Below, in pieces: positions 11,107 to 21,439 of a DNA stretch of 64,000 nucleotides (its first letter is position 1; every line of letters starts with the position of its first letter). Source of the DNA: Halopseudomonas sp. (GTDB lineage: Bacteria; Pseudomonadota; Gammaproteobacteria; Pseudomonadales; Pseudomonadaceae); the NCBI RefSeq assembly GCF_036961105.1, contig NZ_JBALWW010000006.1, positions 15,239 through 79,238 on the forward strand, in the 5' to 3' direction. The notes under the pieces are model-generated. The model had not been told where the DNA came from, did no database searches, and saw nothing but the letters and a program-made list of their open reading frames with translations. Both the position numbers and the translations under genes were made by a program.

Positions 11107-12426
11107 ATGAACGCGGTCGTTGCGGCAGTTGCCGTCATGTTGGTGTTGAGTCTGTGCCGAGTACACGTGGTGGTGGCTCTTATTCTGGGTGCGCTGACCG
11201 GTGGTTTACTCGGCGGGCTGGGCTTGCAGGTGACCCTGGATACCTTCCAGGCCGGCCTGGGCAAGGGGGCCAACATTGCCCTGAGCTACGCGCTGCTGGG
11301 CGTGTTTGCCGTGGCTATTGCCAAGTCGGGGTTGGCCCATGCGCTGGCGGATCGCGCCCTGCAGCTGGTCGACCGGCAGCAGGACAGCGGGGCAGGGCTG
11401 CTCAAGCTGCTGATGCTGTTGCTGCTGGGTGGGGTGGCCATAGCCTCGCAGAATATTCTGCCGATCCATATCGCTTTCATCCCGCTGCTGGTACCGCCGC
11501 TGCTGTATGTCATGGCGCGGCTGAATCTGGATCGCCGTGCGGTGGCCTGCGTGCTGACCTTCGGCCTGATCACGCCCTACATGTTTTTGCCGGTGGGCTT
11601 TGGCGGGATTTTTCTGAATGACATTCTGCTGGCCAACGTGGCGGAGAGCGGGGCCGAGGTGGCGGGTTTGAATGTGATGCATGCCATGGCGCTGCCGGCA
11701 CTGGGTATGCTGCTGGGCCTGTTGGTGGCTGTGTTCATCAGTTATCGCAAGCCGCGTGAGTACGACGTCGCGCGCATTCGTCAGGTCGAACGCATGGAAG
11801 GCGGTTACAGCCCGCTCACGTTGCTGGTGGCACTGGTTGCCGTGGTGGCCGCCTTCGTCATTCAGCTGTGGCTGGACTCGATGATCATGGGGGCTCTGGC
11901 TGGCTTCGTGATTTTCTCGGTCTCGGGCGTGGTGCGCTGGAAGGACGCCGATGGCGTAGTGACCGAAGGCCTGAAGATGATGGCCATGATTGGCTTCATC
12001 ATGATTGCTGCGGCCGGTTTTGCCGAGGTCATGCGCGCCACCGGAGCCATCCAGACACTGGTGGACAGCTCGGCTGACATCATTGGCGACAATCGCGCGC
12101 TGGCGGCGCTGCTGATGTTGCTGGTGGGGTTGCTGATCACCATGGGGATCGGCTCTTCCTTTTCGACCATCCCCATCATTGCCGCCATCTACGTGCCGCT
12201 GGCCATGCAGCTGGGTTTCAGTCCGCTGGCCATAGTGGCGCTGGTAGGGACGGCCGCTGCTCTGGGTGACGCCGGCTCGCCAGCTTCGGATTCAACGCTG
12301 GGACCCACCGCCGGCTTGAACATGGATGGCCAGCACAATCATATCTGGGACACTGTGGTGCCCACCTTCCTGCACTACAATCTGCCCTTGCTGGTCTTTG
12401 GCTGGGCTGCAGTCATGGTGCTCTGA
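11107..12426 (+). CDS. YuiF-like / Na+/H+ antiporter-family membrane transporter (putative amino-acid permease)
   Basis: Polytopic hydrophobic protein with [26 protein letters not shown] and [15 protein letters not shown]...[10 protein letters not shown] motifs. Confidence 0.8.
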   Translation: MNAVVAAVAVMLVLSLCRVHVVVALILGALTGGLLGGLGLQVTLDTFQAGLGKGANIALSYALLGVFAVAIAKSGLAHALADRALQLVDRQQDSGAGLLKLLMLLLLGGVAIASQNILPIHIAFIPLLVPPLLYVMARLNLDRRAVACVLTFGLITPYMFLPVGFGGIFLNDILLANVAESGAEVAGLNVMHAMALPALGMLLGLLVAVFISYRKPREYDVARIRQVERMEGGYSPLTLLVALVAVVAAFVIQLWLDSMIMGALAGFVIFSVSGVVRWKDADGVVTEGLKMMAMIGFIMIAAAGFAEVMRATGAIQTLVDSSADIIGDNRALAALLMLLVGLLITMGIGSSFSTIPIIAAIYVPLAMQLGFSPLAIVALVGTAAALGDAGSPASDSTLGPTAGLNMDGQHNHIWDTVVPTFLHYNLPLLVFGWAAVMVL

Positions 12427-12444
12427 GGCTTGAACGTCAGCCAG

Positions 12445-12483
12445 AAAAAAGCGCGCAGCGGATAATCCGCTGCGCGCTTTTTT
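12445..12483. terminator. Bidirectional terminator between the convergent transporter and MCP genes
   Basis: AAAAAAGCGCGCAGCGGA-TAA-TCCGCTGCGCGCTTTTTT. Confidence 0.88.
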
Positions 12484-12523
12484 ATTGGTTGCCTTCCGGT
12501 TTGCGTGGCGCCTGAACTGAAGG

Positions 12524-14158
12524 TTAAACGCGGAAACGTTTGAGCAGCTCGTCTATCTGCCGGCCCAGGCTGGCCAGGTGTTGCCCAGCCTGCGCGGTCT
12601 CTTTCGCCCCGGCGGTGGTTTCGCGCGCCAGTTCTGCCGCTTCGGTCACATTGCGGTTGACGTCTTCCACCACGGTGGACTGCTGCGTGGTGGCGCTGGC
12701 AATGGAGGCGTTCAAGGCAACCAGCTGCTCCATCGAGTGGGCAATCAGTTCCAGTGCCTTGCCGGCTTCGTTGACCTGTTCCACGCTCTGCTGCGAATGG
12801 CGGCTGCTTTCATTGATCACGCCGACCACCGTTTGGGTATTGGTCTGCAGCTTGCTGATCATGTTGTGGATTTCTTCGGTCGACTTCTGGGTGCGCTGGG
12901 CCAGATTGCGCACTTCATCAGCGACTACCGCAAAGCCGCGACCCATCTCGCCCGCCCGCGCGGCCTCGATGGCCGCATTCAACGCCAGCAGGTTGGTCTG
13001 CTCGGCAATATTGCGGATAACATCCAGTACCGAGGTGATCCCCTGGGCATCAGTAGACAGGGTTTCCATGTGTTCCACCGCCGTCTGCACGCTGGTGGAC
13101 AGCAGATTGATTTCCTGGATGGTCTTGTCGACCTGATAGCGCCCATTGTTGGCGCCCTCGTTGGCGTTCTCGACTTCCTGTGCCGCGGCGTTGGCGTTCT
13201 GCGCCACATCCTGTACGCCGTAGGTGATTTCGTTGATGGCCGTGGCCATCAGCTCCATACGCTCGGACTGGTTGTTCATGTCGCGTAGACTGTTACCGCT
13301 GATCTGGTCCAACTGGTGGCTCGAACTGATCAACTGACGTGCGCTGTCACCCAGTTGCTGAATGATCTCGCTCAGGTTGCGGTTGAACTGATTGAAGTAA
13401 TGTGCGATCTGCGAGACCTCATCATGGGCGCCATCATCCAGACGGCGGGTGAGGTCGGCTTCGCCACTGGCCACGCCGCGCATGGCGTCGACCACATTGG
13501 TAAGCGGTTGGGTGATGCTACGGCCAATCAGGTAGAGCAGCACCACCATGATCAAGGTGACCAGGGTCATGATGATGACCGAGCTGGTGACCGCGCTGTG
13601 GAACTTGGCTTGCATGTCGTCGATATAGATACCGGTGCCGACCATGTAGTCCCATGGAGCAAAATGCTTGAAGGCGGCAATCTTCGGCGTGCCTTCTTCT
13701 TCGCCGGGTTTTGGCCAGTTGTATTCGAAGCTGGCGGTGCCCTGGCTGCGCGCGAGGGCGACCATCTCGCTGATCACGTTGACGCCTTCGGTATTGCGCA
13801 TGGTGGTCAGGTCGACACCCACGGTCTGGGGCGCCAGGGGGTGCATGATCATGATGTTGTTCATGTCATTGACCCAGTAATACTCGTTACCGTCGTAGCG
13901 CAGCGCGCCCAGTGCGGCCAAGGCTTCCTGCCGGGCTTGCTCGCCTGTGAGCTCGCCATTGAGCTCCTTCTGGTGGTAGAAGCTCATCAAATCGTGCGCC
14001 ACCTCGACCAGGTGCGTGGCCTTGGTTATCTCGCCCTGGCGGATTTCATGGTGCAGGTGAGAGAGCGAGACGCCTTCCATGATCAGGGTACTGGCCAGTG
14101 CAATAATCAGGATCAACCAGATTCGTTGACTGATTCGAATGCTGCGCAACAGCTTCAT
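12524..14158 (-). CDS. Methyl-accepting chemotaxis protein (single Cache_2-type sensor, HAMP, signalling domain)
   Basis: Two TM helices flank YYWVND..MIMHP; [34 protein letters not shown] signature. Confidence 0.95.
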   Translation of the reverse strand: MKLLRSIRISQRIWLILIIALASTLIMEGVSLSHLHHEIRQGEITKATHLVEVAHDLMSFYHQKELNGELTGEQARQEALAALGALRYDGNEYYWVNDMNNIMIMHPLAPQTVGVDLTTMRNTEGVNVISEMVALARSQGTASFEYNWPKPGEEEGTPKIAAFKHFAPWDYMVGTGIYIDDMQAKFHSAVTSSVIIMTLVTLIMVVLLYLIGRSITQPLTNVVDAMRGVASGEADLTRRLDDGAHDEVSQIAHYFNQFNRNLSEIIQQLGDSARQLISSSHQLDQISGNSLRDMNNQSERMELMATAINEITYGVQDVAQNANAAAQEVENANEGANNGRYQVDKTIQEINLLSTSVQTAVEHMETLSTDAQGITSVLDVIRNIAEQTNLLALNAAIEAARAGEMGRGFAVVADEVRNLAQRTQKSTEEIHNMISKLQTNTQTVVGVINESSRHSQQSVEQVNEAGKALELIAHSMEQLVALNASIASATTQQSTVVEDVNRNVTEAAELARETTAGAKETAQAGQHLASLGRQIDELLKRFRV

Positions 14159-14247
14159 CTACAACCTCCATGCACTCAATGGCATACGACTTCTGTTTTA
14201 TTGTTGTCTGCGGTAGGGACTTGGCTGACCAAGTTCCGGTACCGAAC

Positions 14248-14274
14248 ATATCGGCAATACCCTGCATAACCTGA
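14248..14274 (-). promoter_or_regulatory. Putative sigma28 (FliA) promoter of the MCP
   Basis: Minus strand TCAGGTTA-N11-GCCGATAT against consensus TAAAGTTT-N11-GCCGATAA. Confidence 0.7.
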
Positions 14275-14481
14275 GCGATATTTTATTGGCAGCAGATGAT
14301 GTCAATTTGACGTCATGTTGCGACGGCTTTCAAGTAGCAATCGGTTTCTGTGATTGGTCGATATAAGATAGGCCGCTGTTATCTATGTCAGATGACAGCG
14401 AGGTGCCACACTGAGCGCCTCCCTGCGGGCACTATTTCAGCTCCGATCAGTCTATTGGGTAGTTCGCGATAAGGATCTCTC

Positions 14482-15147
14482 ATGCAGTCAGTTTTCAAGG
14501 TTATGTCGTTTTCGGTATGTATGCTCATGGCCTCGGGCAGCGGTTTTGTCCTGGCAGGCGATGATGATGGGGCGGATGAGGCTGGCCGCCAGCACGAAGC
14601 GCAGGTAGTCGGCTGGATCGAGAAAGGCCTGATCATGCCGGAGCATACGGCGGTAAAAATCAAGGTCGACTCGGGCGCATTGACCTCTTCCATGCACGCG
14701 GTCAATCTCGAAACCTTCGAGCACAAAGGTAAGCCCTGGGTGCGCTATGACGTGCCGGTAAAAGATGCCGATACCGGCGATATGGTGACCATGCAGTTCG
14801 AGCGGCCGGTTTTTCGCCGCATTCTGGTGCGCGGCGCCGGCGGATCTGATCGTCGCCCGGTAGTCAAAATGTCCATCTGCATGGGCGATCAGGTCTATGA
14901 AGAGCAGTTTTCCCTGCGTGACCGCGGCGACATGACCTATCCCGTGCTGATCGGCCGGCGCACCATCGAGCATATTGGTCTGATCGATGTGTCCGAAACC
15001 TTTCTGCTCAAGCCGAGCTGCTCACAGCAGGAGCACGAGGAGGAGCGCAACAAGCAGGAGCGGATGAAGGACGACGAGAAGCTGGTGGACGATAGCGAGA
15101 TCGATCAGCCGGAACAAACCGAAGAAGAGCTGGAAGCGGAAGAGTAA
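14482..15147 (+). CDS. Retropepsin-like (RimB / 'ATP-dependent zinc protease' family) protein with signal peptide and acidic tail
   Basis: VVGWIE, KVDSGALTSS (D-S-G catalytic motif), FSLRDRGDMTYPVLIGR. Confidence 0.8.
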   Translation: MQSVFKVMSFSVCMLMASGSGFVLAGDDDGADEAGRQHEAQVVGWIEKGLIMPEHTAVKIKVDSGALTSSMHAVNLETFEHKGKPWVRYDVPVKDADTGDMVTMQFERPVFRRILVRGAGGSDRRPVVKMSICMGDQVYEEQFSLRDRGDMTYPVLIGRRTIEHIGLIDVSETFLLKPSCSQQEHEEERNKQERMKDDEKLVDDSEIDQPEQTEEELEAEE

Positions 15148-15160
15148 TGCCTGGCATGTG

Positions 15161-15200
15161 AAATAACCCGGTAGCGCAAGCGGCTACCGGGTTACTTTGT
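15161..15200. terminator. Hairpin between convergent genes, probable bidirectional terminator
   Basis: TAACCCGGTAGC-GCAAGCG-GCTACCGGGTTA. Confidence 0.7.
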
Positions 15201-15725
15201 TTACCACATCAGATCGTCGGGTACCTGGAAGGCGGCATAGGGATCGTCCTCGGCCACGGCCTCTGCCTTGTTCTCGGCTACGTAAACTGGCCAGTGCGGC
15301 GCTCGTTCCCGTACCTTTTCGGCGATCTCCAGCGGAATCAGCACAAAGTTGCCGGACAGCCGGGTAATGCCCAGGCGGCCGCGGCTGAGTTGATCGAACT
15401 GCTCCTTGGTGACGTGAATCTTCTTCACCTTGTTCTTGCTGACAAACTGGTAGGGTTGCTCGCCGCCGCTGCGATCCAGCTTGCTGTTTTCCACCATCTG
15501 CTTGACCTGGGCTTCGCGCTCCTTGCGGGCGGATTCTTCCTGGCGCTGCTGGTTCAGTTGGCGGTCGCGTTCTGCTTTCTCCGCACGAGCTTTGGCAATG
15601 GCCTGGCCATTGTCCTGCTCGGGTTCGGTCTTGGCGGCCTTTTTCTTGGCGCGTTGGGCTTGCTTGAGTTTTTTCTCATCAACCAGACCGGCCTTGAGAA
15701 GTTGAGCTTGCAGTGAATTGACCAT
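15201..15725 (-). CDS. DUF2058 (YaiL-like) protein
   Basis: SLQAQLLKAGLVDEKK start and C-terminal EDDPYAAFQVPDDLMW, typical of the family. Confidence 0.88.
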   Translation of the reverse strand: MVNSLQAQLLKAGLVDEKKLKQAQRAKKKAAKTEPEQDNGQAIAKARAEKAERDRQLNQQRQEESARKEREAQVKQMVENSKLDRSGGEQPYQFVSKNKVKKIHVTKEQFDQLSRGRLGITRLSGNFVLIPLEIAEKVRERAPHWPVYVAENKAEAVAEDDPYAAFQVPDDLMW

Positions 15726-15815
15726 GATCTGTAACTGTCTTGTCGGCGGCCAGGGCGCGGGGGTCCCCAGCACGCAAATGAATCCATGCCGCGTTGGCGG
15801 CGTTGCGCCGCTAGT

Positions 15816-15989
15816 CTAGCGCTTTTCTTCCTGCGCTTCCTCTGCGGCAAGCTCTGCCTCGCGCGCTTTTACGCGCGCTATGGTTTCCTTGCTGACCTTG
15901 TTGCTGCCAGCATTATCGCGCAGCATGAGGAGACTACCGATGATGCTGCCCAGAGCCAGCAGCATGAACAACCATCCGTACCAGGGCAT
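15816..15989 (-). CDS. DUF2897-like small membrane protein
   Basis: MPWYGWLFMLLALGSIIGSLLMLRD single TM helix followed by a charged tail. Confidence 0.75.
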   Translation of the reverse strand: MPWYGWLFMLLALGSIIGSLLMLRDNAGSNKVSKETIARVKAREAELAAEEAQEEKR

Positions 15990-16177
15990 GGTGTCGATCC
16001 TTTGTGGTGAAGATGTGTTCATCATGGTCGCTCCGGGCGCACATGGCAAACCAGGAACCGGTAACTGGTCTCATTGGACGGTGTTGTAGTGCGCATGGCT
16101 GATCGATCCGCCCCGTTGCATGATTCGCAGCGCATGCCTGGATTCACGCGCCAGGCCGATGGCGCCTCTGACCCGAC

Positions 16178-16810
16178 TCAGCCGCGCAAGGACTGGGTGA
16201 GCATCTCTATGGTGTAACCAATCAGCTTTTCCGGTTCGGGCTGATTGGGCAGGCCCGCGCTGTCCTGCCGCGACTGCATGATCACGCCGTGCAATGCACC
16301 ACGCAAATAGTAGGCGGCCTGCAGCGCGTCGCCCACCCGTTCGGCGCTGAGACTGCCGTCGCTGACCCCCAGTTGCAGTGACTCGACCATGCAGGCCATG
16401 GCCAGTTCGCTGCAGCAGGCCAGTTCCTGGCTCAGGTCGTCGGGGTCCGCCAGGTGCGCGAAGGTACTGGCATTGGTCAGCACGTCGAAATAGTCGGGGC
16501 GTTCCAGCCCGAAGCGATAATAAGCCCAGCCGATCTCCTGCATCTGCTGCCGTCCGTTGGTACCTGCGACCTGCGCGGCGCGAAAACGCTCCAGCAGGCT
16601 GTGGCCGGCCCGTAGCATGATGCCGCGCATGATTGCTGCCTTGTCCTTGAAGTAGACATACAGCAGGGCACGGCTCAAATGGGCGTTGCGCGCGATTTCA
16701 TCCATCGAAGTGCGCTCGTAGCCCTTGTTGAAAAAGCACGTTTCTGCGCTGTCGAGAATGCTCTCGCGGCGCTCCTGCTTTTCCCGTTCTCGTCGCTCAT
16801 CCAAGGTCAT
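16178..16810 (-). CDS. TetR/AcrR family transcriptional regulator
   Basis: ILDSAETCFFNKGYERTSMDEIARNAHLSRALLYVYFKDK helix-turn-helix; divergent from the efflux pair. Confidence 0.93.
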   Translation of the reverse strand: MTLDERREREKQERRESILDSAETCFFNKGYERTSMDEIARNAHLSRALLYVYFKDKAAIMRGIMLRAGHSLLERFRAAQVAGTNGRQQMQEIGWAYYRFGLERPDYFDVLTNASTFAHLADPDDLSQELACCSELAMACMVESLQLGVSDGSLSAERVGDALQAAYYLRGALHGVIMQSRQDSAGLPNQPEPEKLIGYTIEMLTQSLRG

Positions 16811-16855
16811 TCGATTACCTGTAAGGGGTCGATACAAAACCAGTCTGTGCGCTTG

Positions 16856-16903
16856 TTGACAAAGTGTCAATAACTGACAGTATGTAAAAAGGCAGGGTAT
16901 AAC
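16856..16903. promoter_or_regulatory. Divergent promoters with two tandem TetR-type operators
   Basis: TTGACA-AAG-TGTCAA (16856-70) and CTGACA-GTA-TGTAAA (16874-88); CTGACA-N18-TATAAC points toward the MFP gene. Confidence 0.7.
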
Positions 16904-16918
16904 TGGAGCGGATTTCCG

Positions 16919-18004
16919 ATGGCAAGTGTAATCGATGGTAGTGGGTACCGGTGGCTTGGGCTGGTCGCGCTTGCGGGGCTGCTGGTGGGACTTGGCGGCT
17001 GTGAGGATACGGCGGCGGTTACCAGCCCCGGAACCTCGGCGGTGGCGGTTCGCGTGGCTGATGTGGTGGCAGCGCCTGATGCCGAACCCTTGCGCTTTGC
17101 CGGCAGTGCCAGGGCCCAGCAGCGCGCCAGTCTCACCTTTCAGGTGGGTGGGGTATTGGCCACCCGGCCTTTGCAGATAGGTCAGCAGGTGGCCTCTGGT
17201 GAAGTGTTGGCCACACTTTACAACCCCCAGCTCGAGCCGGCTCGCGATGCCGCCCGCGCGAGGCTGGCAGAGTTGCAGGCCCAGGCCGGGCAGGCGCAAC
17301 GCGACCTGGAGCGAGTGGAGCAGCTGTACCAACGCGGCGTGTTGTCCGAGCAAGCGCGCGAGCAGCAACGCGCTCAGCTGGAAGCCATCAACGCGTCGGT
17401 GCGCAGCGCGCGCGCCAGCCTGCAGCAGAGCGAACAACTGAACCGTGAAAGCGTGCTGCGGGCGCCCTTTGCCGGCAGTATCGAGAATCTGCTGGTGGAG
17501 CCTGGCGAGTTCATCACTGCCGGCCAGCCAGTGCTGCAGATGGCGGCTGGCAGCGGCATGGAAGTAGAAATAATGGTACCCGCAGCGTTGCTGGAAGGCC
17601 TGGTTGTTGGGGCGCCCCTCCCAGTGTGGAGCACGCTGGACAACCGTGAACTCATTGGCCGCATTGCCGAGATCGGCCGTGGCGCGTCCCAGGGCAGCGT
17701 GCTCTATCCGCTGGTGGTGAGTCTGGAGGCTGACGTGCAGTCAGGTGCCGCGCTGGAGGTGGGGCTGGCGCATGCCGCTTCGTCACAGTTGACCGTGCCG
17801 CTCGCTTCGATCATGCGCTCGGCGCAGGGGGTCTCGGTGTTTCGCATCCGCAACGGCCAGGCCGAGCGGGTAAGCATTGCAGTTGCCAGTTTGCAGGGGG
17901 AGAGGGCGCTGCTGGCTGGCGATAGTCTTCAGCCGGGCGACCAGGTAGTTTATGCCGGGCTCAGCCGCCTTGCCGAGGGCGATGCCGTGGAGTTGCTGCA
18001 GTGA
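16919..18004 (+). CDS. RND efflux membrane-fusion protein (periplasmic adaptor)
   Basis: Lipoprotein-like GLGGC, FQVGGVL...V..GEVLATL lipoyl half-motif, alpha-hairpin, LRAPFAGSI. Confidence 0.93.
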   Translation: MASVIDGSGYRWLGLVALAGLLVGLGGCEDTAAVTSPGTSAVAVRVADVVAAPDAEPLRFAGSARAQQRASLTFQVGGVLATRPLQIGQQVASGEVLATLYNPQLEPARDAARARLAELQAQAGQAQRDLERVEQLYQRGVLSEQAREQQRAQLEAINASVRSARASLQQSEQLNRESVLRAPFAGSIENLLVEPGEFITAGQPVLQMAAGSGMEVEIMVPAALLEGLVVGAPLPVWSTLDNRELIGRIAEIGRGASQGSVLYPLVVSLEADVQSGAALEVGLAHAASSQLTVPLASIMRSAQGVSVFRIRNGQAERVSIAVASLQGERALLAGDSLQPGDQVVYAGLSRLAEGDAVELLQ

Positions 18005-21000
18005 TCGCCCGCATGCTGCTGCGACCGCGGCTGTTGGCAATGATGGTGGTCATGCTCTCGCTGCTGGGCATCGCCTCTTATCTCACCATGGCCCGCCAGG
18101 AGGATCCGAGTTTCCCCTATCGCGCCGGCATGATTACCGTCGTTTACCCCGGTGCGGTGGCTGAATCGGTCGAGCGCCTGGTGCTGGAGCCCCTGGCAGA
18201 CGAGCTTTCGCAGGTTGAAGAGATCGATTTCACCACGGCCACCGCGCGCACCGGCGTGGCGCTGGTACAGGTACGGCTACTGGACAGCATCTACGCCACC
18301 GAAGAGGCCTGGGACCGGGTGCGTCAGGCGATGAGCCGCGCCGAGCTGGAGTTCCCTGATGGCGTGCGCAGCATGGCGCTGGATGACCGTTTGATCGATA
18401 CGCCAGCGATAGTACTGGCGCTGCGCGGCGATGCTTCACTGGTGCACCTGAGTGACGAGGCCGAGCGCCTCAAGCGCCAGTTGATGGACCTGCCCGGGCT
18501 TTCACGCATCGAGATCATGGGCGACACCGACGAGCAGATCACCATAGCGCTACGCGATGCTGAAATGAACCGGCTTGGTCTCCCGCCGCAAGCGCTGTCC
18601 AATCTGTTGGCACAGCGCAATCAGGTCATTCCCGGGGGCTTTGTGGTGGTGGCGGGGCAGCGGGTAGGGGTCTTGCCGAACAGTGAGTTCATCAGTCTGG
18701 ACGCCTTGCGCGCGACGCAGATTGCCCTGCCCAGCGGCGGTAGTGTGCCGCTGGTCGCCATTGCTGATATCTGGCGCGGGCCGGCCGAGCCTATGGATGA
18801 GCGCGCCTGGTTCGATGGCGATCAGAGCGTGCTGGTCACCCTGGTGGCGCAACGCGGTCAGGTAGACGCAATACGCTTTGGCGAGCAGTTGCGCGCGCGG
18901 CTGGACAGGCTGCGCGGTGATTTTGCGCCGCTGCAGATCGACGAGATGTTCTTTCAACCCGATCAGGTGAAGGAGCGTCTGGATGGGCTGGAGTTCAACC
19001 TGCTCGGCAGCGTGCTGATCATCGTTGCGGTGATTCTATTCGGCATGGGCTGGCGCATGGGACTGCTGGTGGCGACCATGCTGCCGATGGTGGCGCTGAT
19101 CAGTCTGGGGCTTTACGACCTGGGTGGCGGTATCCTGCACCAGATTGCCGTCATTGGCATGGTGATCTCGCTGGGCATTCTGATCGACAACGCCATCGTC
19201 ATGGTAGAGAACCTGCAGGATCGGCTGAATGCGGGCGAGACGCGACGCGCGGCGGTGCTCGACAGCGTGCGCGAGCTGGCCGGGCCGCTGGGCGCTTCAA
19301 CTGCCACCACGCTGGCCGCCTTCACCCCCATGCTGTTGTCCAAGGGCGGGACGGCGGATTTTACCCGCGGCATTCCGATCATGATCATGTTGACCCTGAG
19401 CGTCAGTTATCTGCTGGCGATCAGTGTGGCGCCCCTGTTGGCAGGGCGTTTTCTGCAACCGGCCGCCACGCGCATGAATCCGCGTCTGGAGCGCCTGGCT
19501 ACCGGATTGGCGCGGCTCAGCACCAACTCGCCCTGGCGGGTAGTGCTGCTCGGCTGTGCCATGGTGCTAGCCAGTCTGGCAATGACGCCGTTGATGAAGC
19601 TGCAGTTCTTCCCTAATGCCGATCGACCCCAGGTGGTGATCGAACTCTACATGCCCGAGGGTACGGACCAGCGTCGCACCACCAGCGTGGCGCAACAGCT
19701 GGAGGGTGACTTGAGCAAGCAGCCGGGCGTGCTCTCGGTCCACCGGTTTGTGGGCGGTACCGGGCCGACTTTCTACTACAACCTCAACCGCGCTCCGCAG
19801 GCGCCCAATCGCGCGCGTCTGGTGGTCAATGCCCGATCCCTGGACGATACCGCGCCGCTGATTCACTGGGTACGCGAACAGGTGGCCAGCAACTGGCCCG
19901 AGCTGGACGTGATCGCCAGTACCCTGGGGCAGGGACCGCCGCGCGTGGCGCCGGTGGAGTTGCGCCTTTATCACCACGATGATCGCCAGCGCATTGCCGC
20001 CGCCGAGCATCTGTTCTCGTTACTTAAACAAGTGCCGGGCGCGGTGGACGTGCGGCACAATATTGACCTTGGCGTGCCGGTGGTGCGGGTGCTGGTGGAC
20101 GACGCGCAGGCCCAGCGCTTTGGTCTGAGTCGGGCGGAGGTGGCGCGCACGCTTTTTGGACAGAGCCTGGGGTTGACGGTCGAACAATACCGGCAGGAGC
20201 TGGATCCGATCCCCATGCTGCTGCGCTCGCATGAAGGCAGCTATCAGTCGTTGGAGCGGCTGCTGTCGACTAGCGTGTTTACGCCTGAAGGGCAGGCTAT
20301 TCCACTGACGGCATTGGCGCGCATTGAGCCCGATTGGCAGCCGGCGAGCATCCAGCACCGCGATGGGGTGCGCGTTCTGTCGGTCACTGCCGGCCTGGAG
20401 CAGGGCTATAGCTTCAGCCAGGTGCTGGATGCACTACGCACTCGGCTGGAGCAAGCTCCACTACCTGAAGGGGTGCGTATGGAAATCGGTGGCGACAGCG
20501 AGGGTTCCGGCGATGCCAACCGGGCGCTGTTTACCACCGCGCCCGTGGGTATCATGTTGTTGCTGTTCTTCCTGCTGCTGCAGTTCAACTCGTTCAGCCG
20601 GGTAGGTATTGTGCTGCTGACGGTGCCGCTGGCAAGTGTCGGCGTGTTTCCTGGCCTTGTGCTGTCGGGCTCGCCGTTCGGCTTTCAATCCATGCTGGGC
20701 GTGATTGCCCTGGTGGGCATAGTGGTGAACAACGCCATCGTGCTGATTGACGTGGTGGATCAGCGGCTTGCCGAGGGGATGTCGATCAGCGACGCGGTGA
20801 GCGAGGCCGTGATGCGCCGCACTCGTCCGATCCTGTTGACGACCGCAACCACTATCGCGGGCCTTTTGCCCTTGGCTTTTTCCAGCTCAACGCTGTGGCC
20901 GCCGATGGCCTGGGCAATCATTTCCGGGTTGTTGGCCTCGACGGTACTGACCCTGCTGGTAGTCCCGGCGGTATGTCGTCTGGCGTTGCGCGCGCGAATC

Positions 21001-21036
21001 GTGCAGCTTCACGCGGAGCCGTCACAGCAGGCTTGA
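18001..21036 (+). CDS. RND efflux permease (AcrB/HAE-like)
   Basis: 1011 aa, 12 TM helices, RQEDP, GILIDNAIVMVE, RTRPILLTT; overlaps the MFP stop codon (GTGA). Confidence 0.95.
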   Translation: MIARMLLRPRLLAMMVVMLSLLGIASYLTMARQEDPSFPYRAGMITVVYPGAVAESVERLVLEPLADELSQVEEIDFTTATARTGVALVQVRLLDSIYATEEAWDRVRQAMSRAELEFPDGVRSMALDDRLIDTPAIVLALRGDASLVHLSDEAERLKRQLMDLPGLSRIEIMGDTDEQITIALRDAEMNRLGLPPQALSNLLAQRNQVIPGGFVVVAGQRVGVLPNSEFISLDALRATQIALPSGGSVPLVAIADIWRGPAEPMDERAWFDGDQSVLVTLVAQRGQVDAIRFGEQLRARLDRLRGDFAPLQIDEMFFQPDQVKERLDGLEFNLLGSVLIIVAVILFGMGWRMGLLVATMLPMVALISLGLYDLGGGILHQIAVIGMVISLGILIDNAIVMVENLQDRLNAGETRRAAVLDSVRELAGPLGASTATTLAAFTPMLLSKGGTADFTRGIPIMIMLTLSVSYLLAISVAPLLAGRFLQPAATRMNPRLERLATGLARLSTNSPWRVVLLGCAMVLASLAMTPLMKLQFFPNADRPQVVIELYMPEGTDQRRTTSVAQQLEGDLSKQPGVLSVHRFVGGTGPTFYYNLNRAPQAPNRARLVVNARSLDDTAPLIHWVREQVASNWPELDVIASTLGQGPPRVAPVELRLYHHDDRQRIAAAEHLFSLLKQVPGAVDVRHNIDLGVPVVRVLVDDAQAQRFGLSRAEVARTLFGQSLGLTVEQYRQELDPIPMLLRSHEGSYQSLERLLSTSVFTPEGQAIPLTALARIEPDWQPASIQHRDGVRVLSVTAGLEQGYSFSQVLDALRTRLEQAPLPEGVRMEIGGDSEGSGDANRALFTTAPVGIMLLLFFLLLQFNSFSRVGIVLLTVPLASVGVFPGLVLSGSPFGFQSMLGVIALVGIVVNNAIVLIDVVDQRLAEGMSISDAVSEAVMRRTRPILLTTATTIAGLLPLAFSSSTLWPPMAWAIISGLLASTVLTLLVVPAVCRLALRARIVQLHAEPSQQA

Positions 21037-21109
21037 ATAGCGTGCTCCCGATAGCTTCGGCAGCCTTCGGGAGCGGCACCACGCGCAGCAATAAATCTCT
21101 CGCAAGTGC

Positions 21110-21144
21110 TTGACTCCCTTGGCGGAATGTTTACAATGCGCGCC
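21110..21144 (+). promoter_or_regulatory. sigma70 stable-RNA promoter with GC discriminator
   Basis: TTGACT-N16-TACAAT-GCGCGCC. Confidence 0.8.
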
Positions 21145-21192
21145 TGTTCAGACGCTCTGGAAACGGTGTTTTCGGTGCTTCTGGACTGATGC

Positions 21193-21269
21193 GCAGCGGT
21201 AGTTCAGTTGGTTAGAATACCGGCCTGTCACGCCGGGGGTCGCGGGTTCGAGTCCCGTCCGCTGCGCCA
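21193..21269 (+). tRNA. tRNA-Asp (GTC)
   Basis: Acceptor stem GCAGCGG/CCGCTGC, anticodon loop CTGTCAC, GGTTCGA T-loop, encoded CCA; 77 nt. Confidence 0.98.
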
Positions 21270-21277
21270 TTTCAGAT

Positions 21278-21310
21278 AAACCCCAGTCATTCACTTGGCT
21301 GGGGTTTTTT
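21278..21310 (+). terminator. Terminator after tRNA-Asp
   Basis: AAACCCCAGTCA-TTCACT-TGGCTGGGGTTT-TTT. Confidence 0.8.
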
Positions 21311-21439
21311 GTGGTCTGCAGATTGCCTCGGGCAGATCGCCTGGGGCGCCTGTCCCGTCTGGTACCGAGGCAGGGCAGCTGATCGGGCAACCCGGGTGTT
21401 CCTGGCCGGACCTGCGCCTGCTCGGTTGATCGCGGCCCG

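Noticed and set aside
16811-17437. N-terminal extension making the TetR ORF 419 aa
   Set aside because: It overlaps the MFP gene on the opposite strand; the HTH starts right after ATG 16810.
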